Shown here: positions 27,119 through 41,210 of the stretch, piece after piece
Position numbering within the stretch: position 1 is the stretch's first letter
Layout of the letters: every line of letters starts with the position of its first letter
Assembly: GCF_009914755.1 (NCBI RefSeq)
Contig: NC_060947.1
DNA length: 64,000 nt
Direction: 5' to 3' (one strand)
DNA from: the human T2T-CHM13v2.0 reference genome, Homo sapiens
Notes under the pieces: generated by a model
What the model saw: only the letters and a program-made list of their open reading frames with translations
What the model was told of the DNA's origin: nothing
Database searches by the model: none
Made by a program: the position numbers and the translations under genes

Positions 27119-28899
27119 CATGGGGAAATTTTTCTTTCTCTACAAGCACACGTTCAGGAAAGGCCCTTCAATTTACTTGTTTCTATTTTTTAAAGGAATA
27201 GGAATGTATTCTCTCATAATTCTGGTGGTCGGATGTACAAAATCAAGGTATCAGCAGGGCCCTGCTTAGTACAGCCAATTTGAAAAATAGTAGGGAGGCT
27301 AAAAAAATTAAAATAAAAGTCCCATATGATCCGGCCATCCCACTTCTGGGTATATATTCAAAGGAACTGAAATCAGTATCAGACACAAGGCTAAATCCTC
27401 TTTCCGTTTTGTGAGCATTATAACCAAAACCTCATACTATCAAGGCCTATTTTCAGGCCTGATACCAGCCTGAAGCAACATGGCTTTAGGCTTCACAGTT
27501 AACGCTGTGGTTTTGACCTGTGTATCTGCTTCTGAAAACTAGGGATATCCTTTTCTCTATAGAAAGCTAATTTGTGAAATAACACTTTATGTCTAGGATT
27601 TTCCTGTTCCTAGGGTTAGAGGGGCATCCATGCTATTCATTATTTTCTGCTACCTGTAACAGTCTACCTTATATTTTCTACTAGTTGAAGCGAGGTTATT
27701 GAAATGCTGCCTAAAACTTTTCATCAATGATATAAAGGAAAATACTGTTATTTGACTTTGTGGCATCATACGGAAGACTAGCCTAAATCACTAAAAAAAA
27801 TTATACTTTTCTATGAATAGTGTTCTAAATGGATGTCAAAGGCATTGACACCTTAATTTTCTCTTTTATGTTTTTTTCCGTAATGTCTACTTTTTAAACC
27901 CTGGCTTAATGCCTGTGAATGTAATGTTTTTCACTTGTCATTTCCTAATTGTTGCATTTCTTTATTCTCAGTCCAGTGGAAATTTTAACACAAGGCTTTA
28001 TTCCAATAATAACCACATAAACCTGTTTGAAAAGTAATGTGACTTCTATTCTAATTGTTTTGTCACTATAGTTTACAGTCCCAAGGCAGTTTTCAGGTTT
28101 GTTTTTCACCTATAAAGTAAATCAATTTTATGAATATATGTAAATTTATATATCTGTGAATACATATACCTACATATATAGATATTTACCATTTTCTAAA
28201 TGTTAAAATGGAAATCTCACAATCATGATAAAATTATGCTAATAGACTTATCTATATTATAATGACAGCATTATCTCAGCCTGTGCTTACTACTTTCCTA
28301 AGGACACTTTTGATTTCATTGTTGCTGATCCGGGCTCTGACTTCCCACAAATAAAAATCATGTGGAAAGATTTCCATATTCATTGACTTTTAAAATATGT
28401 TGCTACATTTAAAAAAAAAACACTATTTACTCAAAGTAAATTCAGTGAGATTGTTGCACAAGAATAAACACTGATACAAGAAATCTTTACTTGGTTCATT
28501 AGATCTTTGCCAGTATAACTTATGAACTAATTATGGGCACTATTCGATTGTTTTAATAACCATTCCACAACCTGTTGTATATGGGTGTTTATGGGCATAA
28601 AATATAACCCCAAGAGATGTGCAGCTCATAGATTTAAAATTTTAATAATGATTCATGATAGTTTGACTATTTGAGTGACCTTAGCAAGGTGAATTGGAAG
28701 CAGGTAGATATTTAAATATTAAGTCAGTCTCCATTCTTAGTTAAAAGGAAAAAAAAGTTACGTAGTACATTTTGAGTGTCAATGACAAATACTTTTTCAT
28801 ATGGACTACATCTGTTGAGAGAAAGCATTAGTGATGGAATACTAATAAATCAGCGATTCTTCAGCATGCATTTTATTCTTTATTGCATTTATAGAAGAA

Positions 28900-29150
28900 T
28901 AATGTCCACATTAAAGGAACTGATAATTCCAGAGTATTTGATAATTGTCAGGCCTTATGTAGCATGCTGGTGTCAGTTCTGGGTGCCATATTTTAAGAGG
29001 CTCTTTGAAAGACTGGAATATGTTCAAAGGAAGCTGAGTGGGAGCTTGAAATGGTGATGTAAGAGGAATTAGTGAAAATTTTGAAAATGTTTAGCTTGAA
29101 GATCAGAACACATAGTAAGCACATAACAGTTATCTTTAAAAATTGAAATT
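28900..29150 (+). mobile_element. L3/CR1 LINE fragment
   Basis: Translates VRPYVACWCQFWVPYFKRLFERLEYVQRK, matching the CR1 RT C-terminal motif (VRPHLEYCVQFWAP...LERVQR). Confidence 0.8.
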
Positions 29151-29546
29151 GTCTCCAGTCATTCAGTACAGTTTTTCAGGAACTATCCCACAACAGGTAT
29201 TGAGTATGGGGCCCTGAAGTGAGCAAAAATGAATATGGAGGGGATGCTCTTTATAAAATAATACACAGAATAATTATAATTCATGGTATAATTGTGAAAA
29301 TTCAACCAAAAATGTAGCCCCGAAAAGTGACAGGGAATTATATGAGGAACGAAGTACTAAAATATACTTTAGGTTGATTCAAATTTCAGAACTAGGGACA
29401 ATGGGTTCAAGGAACAAGACATACATTTTTTAAAACAGTATAATGAAGATGTTTCTGATAATTATATTATTTTTACAGAAATTTCACACTAAGCTAAGCC
29501 CTGTATTAACTCATGGAATTATCACAATAATCTTTTTAATGATTGG

Positions 29547-31515
29547 TTTTTTAAAATTTTATTCTAAAAAAAAATACATGTGCAGAACCTGCAAGTTTGT
29601 TACATAGGTATACGTGTGCCATGGTGGTTTGCTGCACCTAATGACCCATCCTCTAAATTCCCTCCCCTCACCTCCCACCCCCTAAAAGGCCCTAGTGTGT
29701 GATGTTCCCCTCTCTGTGTCCATGTGTTCTCATTGCTCAACTCCCACTTATGAGTGACAACATGTGGTATTTGGTTGTCTGTTCCTGTGTTAGTTTGCTG
29801 AGGATGATGGCTTCCAGCTTCATCCACATCCCTGCAAAGGACATGATCTTATTCCTTTTTATGGCTGCATAGTATTCCATGGTGTATATGTGCCACATTT
29901 TCTTTATCCAGTATATCACTGATGGGCATTTAGGTTGGTCCCATGTCTTTGCTATTGTAAACAGTGTTGCAATAAACATACATGTGCATGTGTCTTTATG
30001 ATAGAATGATTTACATTCCTACAATCCCAGTAATGGGATTGCTGGGCCAAATGGTATTTCTGGTTCTAGATCCTTGAGGAATCACCATACTGTCTTCCAT
30101 AATGGTTGAATTAATTTACAATCCCACCAACAGTATAAAAGCGTTCCTATTTCTCCACAGACTCACCAGCATCTATTGTTTCCTGACTTTTTAATAATGG
30201 CCATTCTGAGTGGCGTGAGATGGTATCTCATTGTGGTTTTGATTTGCATGTCTCTTATGATCAGTGATGTTGAGCTTTTTTTCATATGTTTATTGGCCAC
30301 ATAAATGTCTTCTTTTGAGAAATGTCTGTTCATATCCTTTGCCCACTTTTTAATGGGATTGTTTGTTTTTATCTTGTAAATTTGTTTAACTTTGTTTTAG
30401 ATTCTGGATATTAGACCTTTGTCAGATGGGTAGATTGCAAACATTTTCTCCCACTCTGTAGGTTGCCTGTTCACTCTGATAATAGTTTCTTTTGCTGTGC
30501 AGAGCTCTTTAGTTTAATTAGATTCAATTTGTCAATTTTGGCTTTTGTTGCAATTGCTTTTGGCATTTTTGTCATGAAGTCTTTGTCCGTGATAGGTCCT
30601 GAATGGTATTGCCTAGGTTTTCTTCTAGGGTTTTTATTGGTTTGGGTTTTACATTTGAGTCTTTAATTCATCTTGAGTTAATTTTTGCATAAGGTGTAAG
30701 GAAGGGGCCCAGTTTCAGGGTTTTCTGCATTTGGTTAGGCAGTTTTCCCAGCAACATTTACTGAATAGGAGATCCTTTCCCTATTGCTTACTTTTGGCAG
30801 GTTTGTCAAAGCTCAGGAGGCTGTAGATGTGTGGTGTTTTTCTGAGATATCTGTTCTGCTCCATTGGTCTATATGTCTGTTTCAGTACCCATACCATTCT
30901 GTTTTGCTTACTATAGTCTTGTAGTATAATTTGAAGTCAAGTAGCGTGATGCCTCCAGCTTTGTCCTTTTTGCTTAGGATTGTCTTGACTATACAGGGTC
31001 CCTGATTAGACCAATAACAAGTTCTGAAATTGAGGCAGTAATTAATAGCCTACCAATCAAAGAAAGCCCAGGACCAGATGGATTCACAGCTGAATTCTAC
31101 CAGAAATAAAAAGCCCAAAGCTCCTTAAGCTGATAAGCAACTTCAGCAAAGTCTCAGGACACGAAATCAATGTGCAGAAATCACAAGTATTCCTTTACAC
31201 CAACAATAGACAAGCAGAGAGCCAAATCGTGAATCAAATCCCTTTCACAATCGCTACAAAGAGAATAAAATACCTAGGAATACAGCTAATAAGGGATGTG
31301 AAGGACCTCTTCAAGCAGAACTACAAACCACTGCTCAAGGAAATAAGAGAGGATGCAAACAAATGGAAAAACATTCCATCCTCATGGATAGGAAGAATCA
31401 ACATTGTGAAAATGGCCATACTGCCTAAAGTAATTTATAGATTCAAGGCTATTCCCAGCAAACTACCATTGACATTCTTCACAGAATTAGAAAAAACTAT
31501 TTTAAATTTCATATG
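29547..31515 (-). mobile_element. L1PA8-like with twin-priming inversion, inserted in a MIR
   Basis: Minus 3' part 29547-31000, plus inverted part 31001-31515 with an internal jump at about 31108. MIR halves at about 29480-29546 and 31516-31660. Confidence 0.88.
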
Positions 31516-32419
31516 GCATTATTATCATTTTTACAGATGAGGAGCATGGGTCACAGAGATTTTAAGCAACTTGCCCAAGGTCACACAGCTAGCAAGTAAG
31601 AGAATACAGCTTGAATCTAGACTATATAGCTCAAAAAATCATGCTTTTCAACCTCCAAACAACACTGTCTCTTCAGTTAGATTGTCAGTCCCCATCACAG
31701 GAAATTTTACTGCACAATCTCCATGGCTATTTGTCAAAGGTGGCACTGCCCAAGTTGAGATGATATTCTAAATGACCTTTGAGAATTTTCTGTCTGATTA
31801 TTATGAGTCTATGGCAATACTGAGATAAGCTCGTGAGCAATCAGTAATCATTAGTTCACAAGCTAAGAGTAATACACTGGACACTTATGTTAAGCCGGAT
31901 CAAGAACCCCTATCTTTTGGTTATAGTCAGGATAGATATTTGTATACCTCTACTGCCCGGCAATTGTGTTTTATTTTCTAGAGAGCACAGCTCTTTCCTT
32001 GCTAAATGAAAATATTATTCATCTTAATATTCTACTCCCTTGGCATCTGTTCCTTATGCCATTCAACAATATTGCACTCCTCATTGTTTGCCAGTGTGCA
32101 GTTTTCCTTTGTCCCCCATGCTTTAACTGAGGTTTACAACAGCAGCTGTTTAGCTATATTTCTAACATTCATCTCCCGAAAAAGAGTATGTTTGAACTTC
32201 ATTGCAACAAAACTTTTTCTTGTATACTGATGGATTAACACTCTTCTAAAGGCAAACCATTTAAAGTTTTTAGTTTTAAAAGAGTGCTGTATTTTACTTC
32301 TTTTTTGAGGTTTACAAAATATTCCACATTACGGGTAACAGTGGTCGATCTATGTCTCTTCTCAGAAAAGATATGGGATCACTACATTGAAGTTCACTGG
32401 TTTGATTTGGAGCTCAGTG

Positions 32420-33330
32420 TGATTTTGGTGCCATGCTCAACTCTTCCTTCATACTCACTCTCAACTGAAGATTTTGCTTCCCATTTTAGTAAATGAGGAA
32501 GAAGATAATTTCCACAAACTCTCACTACCAGTGTCTTCATCTGTACTCACGTGCCCTGCTTTCTTTCTGGTCACTATGAACTGACTGTTCTAATGATGAA
32601 GATGAACACTTCCACTTGTGTACTTTGTAATCTCTTTCTGCCTACTAAAGGACTTTGATGAAGTAATATATCTCCTTTTCTGAATAGTAAATTTATTTAT
32701 TAAGATTTAAAAGTATTAGGAAGAAGCAGGTATGATAGAGGGCAAAATCAAGAACTCCTTTTTGGAGTGTCCTGCGAAATACCTGCCTAATGCAATATCC
32801 AAGTGGAGATATCAAATTGGTGGATTTATAAATTAGTCTGGTGTACCAAGCAGGTCTCAAGCACAGGCAGGTAATTTTGGAATTAAAAAGTATCTACATG
32901 GTATTCAAAGCCATGAGAAGTCACTGGGTAGACAAAAAAAAAAAAAAAAAAACCAGAAGGTCACTGATTGAGTCTTGGAGACCTCATTAAAAAGCCAGCA
33001 AAATACTGTGAGTGGGAATGTTCCACAGGACAGGAAGAAGTGCAATGTAATGAAGAACAGACGAAGACAGTGTTTCAAGGAGGGAGTGGTCAACCATGCT
33101 GATTCCTGCTAAGAAATACATTAAAAAAATAAGTGAATGTTGGATTTCGCAACAAAGAAGTCATTTTCCTTAGGCAATTGAGTTACTGATGAGTAACGGA
33201 GGCAGAAATTCCAAAATTTTTTCTAAAAATATTTTCTGTGAAGAGGAAAAGAGAAATTGGCTTGTACATGGTGTGGGATGTGTATTTTCAAAGGTATGTC
33301 AAGAAATTTGTGTGTTCAGAAAAATGCTAT
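32420..33330. mobile_element. L2 fragments in opposite orientations
   Basis: Plus L2 at about 32420-32690 (ctcactctcaactgaagattttgcttccc), minus L2 at about 32710-33330. Confidence 0.65.
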
Positions 33331-35029
33331 AGAATCCCCAAACCAGTTAAGTTATATGATACTAAGATGGCAAACATAGAGGACATCGTTAAAGTACTGA
33401 AAGGGCTAAAATATAGTGAAGAAAGATAAATATTATATCTAGATTAAGGTTAATGAATAAGTCAATAATTATAAAAATTGACAAAATGTTTTTACAACTA
33501 TGGACAGAGAAGACCTCTCAGTAGTGTTCTCTGGGATAGGTAGAGACAGACTGGTTTTCTACAAAGACAATCAATATTATTGATACCACTAAAATCTGTC
33601 CTTAGTGCACCTATTACTTAGAAATATTATGTTATTTAACTTTGGGAAAGCATTTATATCTTTTTAGATCAGACATTTGTTTCCAAAATTCCAAAAAAAT
33701 GTATTGAGAGTTTATTATGAAAAATTCATAGATTCCTCCATCACTATTTTCCTTAATAGAATTCCAGATACTGATAATTTAATAAAACTCTCACTGGTTC
33801 ATGTGTAAGGCTACAAAGTTTGCTATGATCAACCCAAACTATGTGTTCTTTTTTCACTATAACTTGCAATTATTCACTAACAAGAAATAAGAATTTTTCC
33901 TGTTTTGGAGCCACAAATTAAAGCCATATCAAACTTCGCAGGAAAAATTAAGATTCGGTAGATTTCAAGGTTAGATGATAAATCTTAACTTTATTCCAGC
34001 TTAGCTAATTATAAACTTTGATTTAGTAATCAGGAATGTACACTGTTTCTATTGTTAACATTGCTGAAAACCCACAATGATTATAATTATTATTGTGCAA
34101 AGGGCAATTCTTTGTACATAATAGATGAGCAACAAGGATCTGTCATTTCATTTCAAAAGAAATGTTTGGAACTCATTGCAAGACTTTTTATGTTCTCTTA
34201 CTAGAAAACTCTGTTATTTTTTGCAAGTTAGGCCTCTGTAACTAAATAGTGAGTCATTCAGGCTAATCTAAATACTGTAACAAGAAGCATTTGTCCTAGA
34301 TTATATAAGAGGTAGAGTGAAACCTATTTTCTACTCGAACCTGGAGACAGGACTAGGTTAAATAGTTAAAGATAAAAGTTGATTAGTGAGGTAGTTATAG
34401 AATGTAATTAAAAGACTCTCCATTATACTAATCCTGATCCTCCTCTTATCATCATCTATTATCTATTTGGCATATAGTCACCCTACCTGGAAAATTAGGA
34501 CAGTTTGAGAGCCACACCCTTCCTTCTCATCTCCCATCCTCACTTCCAGAGCATTGATGAGAGTAATTCACCCTTTATCATACATAGATTACACCTGAAT
34601 TTTTAGCTATATCAATCTTTGAGCATCTGCTGGGCCTTTGTCAGCATTTAAGATGAATATCTAGGAAATGAATACCTATTGAAATATTTGCCCATTTTTA
34701 ATCAGATTATTAGATATTTTCCTATGGAGCTGTTTGATCTCCTTACATATTCTGGTTATTAATCCCTTGTAAAATGGATAGTTTGCAGATATTTTATCCC
34801 ATCCTGTGGATTTCTTCTAAACACATTAATTTGGGGAGACAGCTGTCCATCTTTGTGAGTTCTATGTATTTATCCTTCCTTTTAACAGTGATGTGAAAGC
34901 AAGTGAATTTATTTGCAAATAATTTCTAACATATACATAGGAAGATATATTATTACAAAATTACCTTAAGTTTTGTTCAAATTTCCTCCTGGAAAGGATA
35001 AAACAGGTTGATAGAATTTACTTCTTACA

Positions 35030-36140
35030 TTTTTTTATTTGTGTTTCTTGTGGGTACATATTAGGTGTATATATTCATGGAGTACATGGAGATATTTTGG
35101 TCCAGGCATGTAATGCACAGTAATCACATCATGGAAAATTGGGTATCTATCCCACCAAGCATTTATCCTTTGTGTTACAAACAATCAAATTATACCCTTT
35201 TAGTTAGATTAAATTTAATAGTTTTAAATGTACCCTTAAATTATTATTGACAATAGTCCCCTTGTTGTTCTATCAAATACTAGGACTTATTCATTCTTTC
35301 TATATTTTTTATACACATTAAGTATCCCCAACTCCCCCTTCCCCTTTACTACCATTCCTATCCTCTGGTAACGATCCTTCTATTCTCTATGTCCATGAGT
35401 TCAATTGTTTTGATTTTTAGGTTCCGCAAATAAGTGAGAACATTAAATGTTTTTCTTTCTGTGCCTGGCTTGTTTCACGTAACATAAAGATCTCCAGTTC
35501 CATCCATGTTGTTGCAAATGAGAGAATCCCATTCTTCTTATGACTGAATAGTACTCCAATGTGTATAATTTTCTTTATCCATTCATCTATGACATTTTCT
35601 TTATCCATTCTTCTACTGATGGACACTTAGGTTGCTTTCAAATCATAGCTATTGTGAACACTGCTGCAACAAACATAGAGTGTAGATATATATTTAATAT
35701 ACTGATTTCCTTTATTTTAGGTATACACCCAGCAGTGGAATTAAAGGATTGTATGGTAGCTCGATTTTTAGCTTTTTTTGAGGAACCTCCAAACTGTTCT
35801 TCATAGTGCTTGTACTAATTTACATTCCTAACAACAGCGTATGAGGGTATCCTTTTCTCCACATCCCCACCAGAACTTGTTATTGTCTGACTTTTGGATG
35901 AAAACCATTTTAACTGGGGTGAGATAATATCTCACTCTAGTTTTGATTTGAATTTCGCTGATGATCAGTGATGTTGAGCACCTTTTTATATGCCTGTTTG
36001 CCATTTCCATGTCTTCTTTTAGGAAGTGTTCATTGAAATATTTGCCCATTTTTAAATTAGATTATTAGATTTTTTTCCTGTAGAGTTGTTTGAGTTCCTT
36101 ATATATTCTGGTTATTAATCCCTTGTAAAATTGGTAGTTT
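35030..36140 (-). mobile_element. L1MA2/3-type 3' part
   Basis: Antisense 3' UTR and ORF2 end (ORFs 35417-35626, 35828-36049). Confidence 0.82.
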
Positions 36141-36505
36141 GGGTAAATTTGAAAGGCAGTTTAGGACACAAGGACTGTAATCCCTAGGCAACTTCTAGTC
36201 CTAGGCTTGGCTTAGAGCCAGTGAATAGGGTGCCACATGACCTACGGAGAAACCAACTGGCAAAACTAAGGGAGTGTTTGTACCATCCCTTTCCAAACCC
36301 CAGGCTGTGCAGATCACAGCAAGAAAAGTGACTCCGTCCTTCTATTTGGGGAGAGGAGAGCAAAGAGCAAAGATGACTTTCTCTTGCATCCTGGAGACCA
36401 GCTAAGCCACAGTATGATAGGGCACCAGGAAGAGTCATAAGGCACGCATTCCAGGCCCTATCTCCCAGATGACATTTCTAGACACATCCTGGACCAAAAG
36501 GGGAC
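36141..36505 (+). mobile_element. L1M 5' UTR-like fragment (possibly the inverted part of the preceding L1MA)
   Basis: ggtaaatttgaaaggcagt...gacatttctagacacatcctgg resembles L1MA 5' UTR consensus. Confidence 0.6.
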
Positions 36506-36729
36506 GAGGCACGTCTTACAAGGTGGAAGCCAAGAGAGGGGGAGAGTGTGCAAGAGTGCAGGAAAATCTACCATTTATAAAACCATCATATCTCCAGATA
36601 ATTCACTCACTATCACAAGAACAGCATAGAGGAAACAGCCCCCAGAATCCGTTCACTTCCCTCCCTCGACAGGTGGGGATTACAATTCAAGATGAGACTT
36701 GGGTGGGAACACAAAGCCAAACCATATCA
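36505..36729 (-). mobile_element. THE1/MST LTR fragment
   Basis: ...gggattacaattcaagatgagacttgggtgggaacacaaagccaaaccatatca end. Confidence 0.82.
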
Positions 36730-38149
36730 TCACTTAAATGTCACTTGGAATAGGCTTAGATTACAGATAAATTGCAAAGATAGTTAAAGAGAGCTCTCAG
36801 ATACCCCATACCCAGTCTTTTCTATTGTTAACATCTTACATCTGTTACAACTAAGAATTCAACATTGGTACATTACAATTATGTAAACTCCACATGCTAT
36901 TTGTATTTCATTATTTTTCCTCCTAATGTCCTTTGCCTATTCCAGGATCTTATCTAGGACACCAAATTACATTTTGTCATGTCTCTTTAGCCTCCTCTGC
37001 TTTGTGGCATTTTCTCAGACTTTCTTTGTTTTGTATGATCTCGACAGTTTTGAAAAATGCTCTTTAGGTATTTCATAGAATGTCTCTCAGTTTGGATTTG
37101 TCTGATATTTTTCTCGTGGATAGATAGGGGTTATGGGTTTGGAGAAGAAAAACCACAGAGGTAAAGTATCATTTTCACTGCATCATATCAAGAGAAGATA
37201 CTACTGATGTGACTTATTGTTGTTGATGTACACCTTAATCACTGAGGTGAATATGTTTGTCAGGTTTTTCCACTGTAAAGTTAATTTTTTTCTCCCTTCT
37301 TATACTGTACTTTTTGGGAGGAAGTCACTACGTATGGCTCAAACTTAAAAAGCAGGGAGTTAAGCTCCACCTCTTTAAGAGTGGAATATCTACATAAATT
37401 ATTTGGAAGTCTTCTGCATAGGAGATTTGTGTATTTTCCCCATTTATGTATCTAGTCAATCATTTATTTATGTCAGTATGTTCTTTTGGATATTTATTTA
37501 ATACTTTGGGTATAGTCCAGCATCACTTCTTTTCTTTTTTTGCTCCAGTGTTTCCAGCTTTAGTCGTGATGGACTCTTTCACTTAGCTCCTTTGTCTCTT
37601 TGGCATGCCTCATAATTTTGATTTACAAGTACATCCTTACTTGCTGGCATGACAAAATGCTCCAGTCTCATCTTATATGTTCTCTGCCTCTGCCTACAAT
37701 CAGCAATTTCTTTTTAAAAAACCCTCAAGGTCTGGGTTCTGGTTAAATTCGTTGCTACTTGGTTGTCATTTACTTGTAGGCCCTGTCAGTGAACAGAGCT
37801 AAGAATATATGTATGTATACTAGCCTATGTCTATACACATAACTAAAAGTAATTCTCTATCTATGCCTCTGTATCTACATCAAGCCTAAACATGAGTTAG
37901 TACTGATTTCTCCATATCTACTCCAGTACAACATGGTCCATTCTGGCTTTCCCCCTTTGCTTATCTGTAACCCTCCCACTCCAACGTTGGGAAGCTTGGC
38001 TTCTACTATCTACCTCCATTTACTTGTGTGTTCAATCCCAGTAAACATGTACAGCAGCTTCAGAATCGTTAATCCATATCTCCATGAGACTTTAACAACA
38101 GAATACAGTCTTTATGTACCTTTCTTTTTGTTCAAAGTAACTCAGGTGA

Positions 38150-38490
<341 letters not shown>

Positions 38491-40064
38491 AGTTAGATAA
38501 TTTCATTGCAGTCTGAATTCTGTTCTGATATCCCCCAGTCTCCTGGTTGATTTTTTAAAATTGCACATATGGAAGTTCATTGTGTTATGTATTTAAACAA
38601 ATGCATAGCACAGTGTCCATTAATACAGTATGATGCAGATTAGTTCCACCACCCTAAAATATCCTCTGTGTTTCCATTACTCAAACAGTACCACTTCTGC
38701 AAGCCCTTGGAATCCACTGGATCAGTTTTTGTTCTTATAGTTTTGCATTTTTTCAGTATGTCATATAAATGAAATCATGTAGTATGTGGCCTTGTTAATC
38801 TGGTTTCTTTTACTTAGCAAAATGCATTTAAGAATCATTGATATTGCTGTGTGTAGATTAATAGCCTATTATCTTTATCTCAGAAGAGTATAGAGATACC
38901 ACAGTTTGTTTATCCATTCACCTATTGTTTCCTTCGATTTCTTGGTGATAATGAATAAAGCTGTTATAAATGTTCTTGTGCAGGTTTTTGTGTGAACAAA
39001 AATTTTCAAGTCAGTTGGGTAAATACCTAGGGATATGATTGCTGAATTGTATAGTAACTGCATATTTAATGTTATAAGACACCGCAAAACTGTCTTCCAA
39101 AGTGACTACGTTTCCACCATTTATGTTTGCTAAAGCAAAGAATGAGTTTCTCAAGTCTATTCCATTGATCTATGTATTCATGCTTTCACCAATGCTACAC
39201 TTTTATTATTATTGTAGCTTTGTAGTAAGTTTTCAAATTGGGTAGTGCAAGCCTTCTAACTTTATTCTTTTTTTTCAGTATCATGTTGGCTACTTTAGGT
39301 TTTTTGCCTTTCCATATAAAGGTTAGAATCAGTTTGCCAATATCAAAATGAATGGTTTGCTGGAATATTGACTGGGATTTTGTTGAATGAATAGATGAAG
39401 TTAGAATATTGAAATCTTAACAATTTTGAGTTCTGCTATCCATGAGCATGGACATTCCATTTACTTAAATCTTTGATTTTTAAAAAAATCAGTATTTTAT
39501 ATTGTTCACATATATATGCTATACGGATCCTGCTGATTTTATATCTATGGATTGCTGAATTGTATAGTAAGTATATTAAAAATTTTAAAAGTATGCTATA
39601 GTATACTTTACTTCAAAAAAATTGCTAAAGTTAGTTTGCTAAAGTATGCTAAAATCTTAATATATATCATTTGTAATAACATAGAAAAATAAAGTATATA
39701 TTTTTTTAATTTTAAATTTTATTTATTCATTGCTGGTATAAGAGGAAGTTATTGTTTTGCACATTCCTTTGTAACCTGTGCCCTTGATTGATAAGTTTAT
39801 ATATTAGCTCCAAGAGATATTTTGTTAGCTTGCCCACCCCAACTCCTGTCATAGGTTCTTTGGGGTTTCTCTATAGACATTTATGTCATCAGCAAGTAAT
39901 AATAGTTTTGTTTCATCCTTTCCAATTTGTGTAACTTTTAGTTAATTATCTTAACTTATGACACTAACTAGTACTTCCAGCGCAATGTTTCCTAGGAGTG
40001 GTAAGAGAGGATAAGGGAGGAAGCATTTTGTCTCTTACCATTAAGTATGACATTAGCTGTAATT

Positions 40065-40363
40065 TTCTTTCTTGTTGTTTGTTTTTTAACAGGGGTCTCA
40101 CTCTGTCTTCCAGGCTGGAGTGCAGTGGTGTGATTACAGCTCCTTGAAGCCTCGAACTTCTGGGATCAATCAATCCTCCTGGCTCTGCCTCCCAAATAGG
40201 TGGGACTATAGGCACATGCCACCACAACCAGCTAATTTTTAAAAAATTCTGCAGGGACGAGATCTTGCTTTGTTGCTCAAGCTGATGTCGCACCCCAAGG
40301 CTCAAGTGATACACCTCAGCCTCCCAAAGGGCTGGGGTTACAGGCATGAACCATCATACTTGG
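40065..40363 (-). mobile_element. AluJ
   Basis: Diverged antisense Alu with J-type motifs. Confidence 0.85.
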
Positions 40364-40802
40364 CAGTTGAAAGCTTTTCACACTTATCCTTTATTAGGTT
40401 AAGATAGTTCCCTTCTACTGCTAGGTTTTTGAGAATTTTTATCATGAGCGAGTATTGCATGTTATTGATCAATTCCTGCACCTATTGATATGATTATACT
40501 ATTTTTCTTCTTAGGCCTGTTAACATGGTGAAATAAATTGATTAACTTAGGAAGGTTAAACCAGTTTTGTATTCTTGAATAGACCCCATGGGCCACAGTG
40601 TATAATTATTTTTATACATTGTTGGATTTAATTTGCTAATATTTTTTGAAGATTTTTATGGCTATGTACATGAACAATAATTGTCTGTTGTTGTTTCTTT
40701 TCCATATCACCTTTTTTTTTGGTTTTAGTTCTTTCCCGTATATTTTCTGGAGAAAAACTGTAGGATTAGAATTATTTATTTCTTAAATGCTTGGCTGATT
40801 TC

Positions 40803-41210
40803 TGTCTTAGTCCATTTTGTACTACCATAACAAAATACCTGGGACTAAGTAAATTATAAAAAATAAAAAAATTATTTTATCACAGTTCTGGAGGCTGGGA
40901 AGTCCAAGATCAAGTCATCCACAGGTTTATTTGTCTGCTGAGTGTTTGGTCTCTGCTTGCAGGATGGTGCCTTAAATGCTGCATACTCTGGATGGGGAAA
41001 TGTTGTGTCCTCACATGGCAGAAGGTGAAAGGGCAAAAGGGACAAACTGCCTCTATCAAGCCCTTTGTAAGGGCAGCTAATCCCATTCTGAAGGGTTTCA
41101 CCCTCATGACTTAATCACCTTTTGAAGATGATATCTTTTAATACTGCTACTTTGGTCGTTACAGTTATACATGAATTTTAGAAGGGGGACAAGCACTAAA
41201 ATCACATTAA
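40803..41210 (-). mobile_element. MaLR (MST/MLT1A-type) solo LTR
   Basis: tgtcttagtccatttt...cacagttctggaggctgggaagtccaagatcaag. Confidence 0.82.

Noticed and set aside
28776-29057. 93-aa ORF in apparently unique DNA
   Set aside because: Its protein-like part is an L3/CR1 reverse transcriptase remnant.
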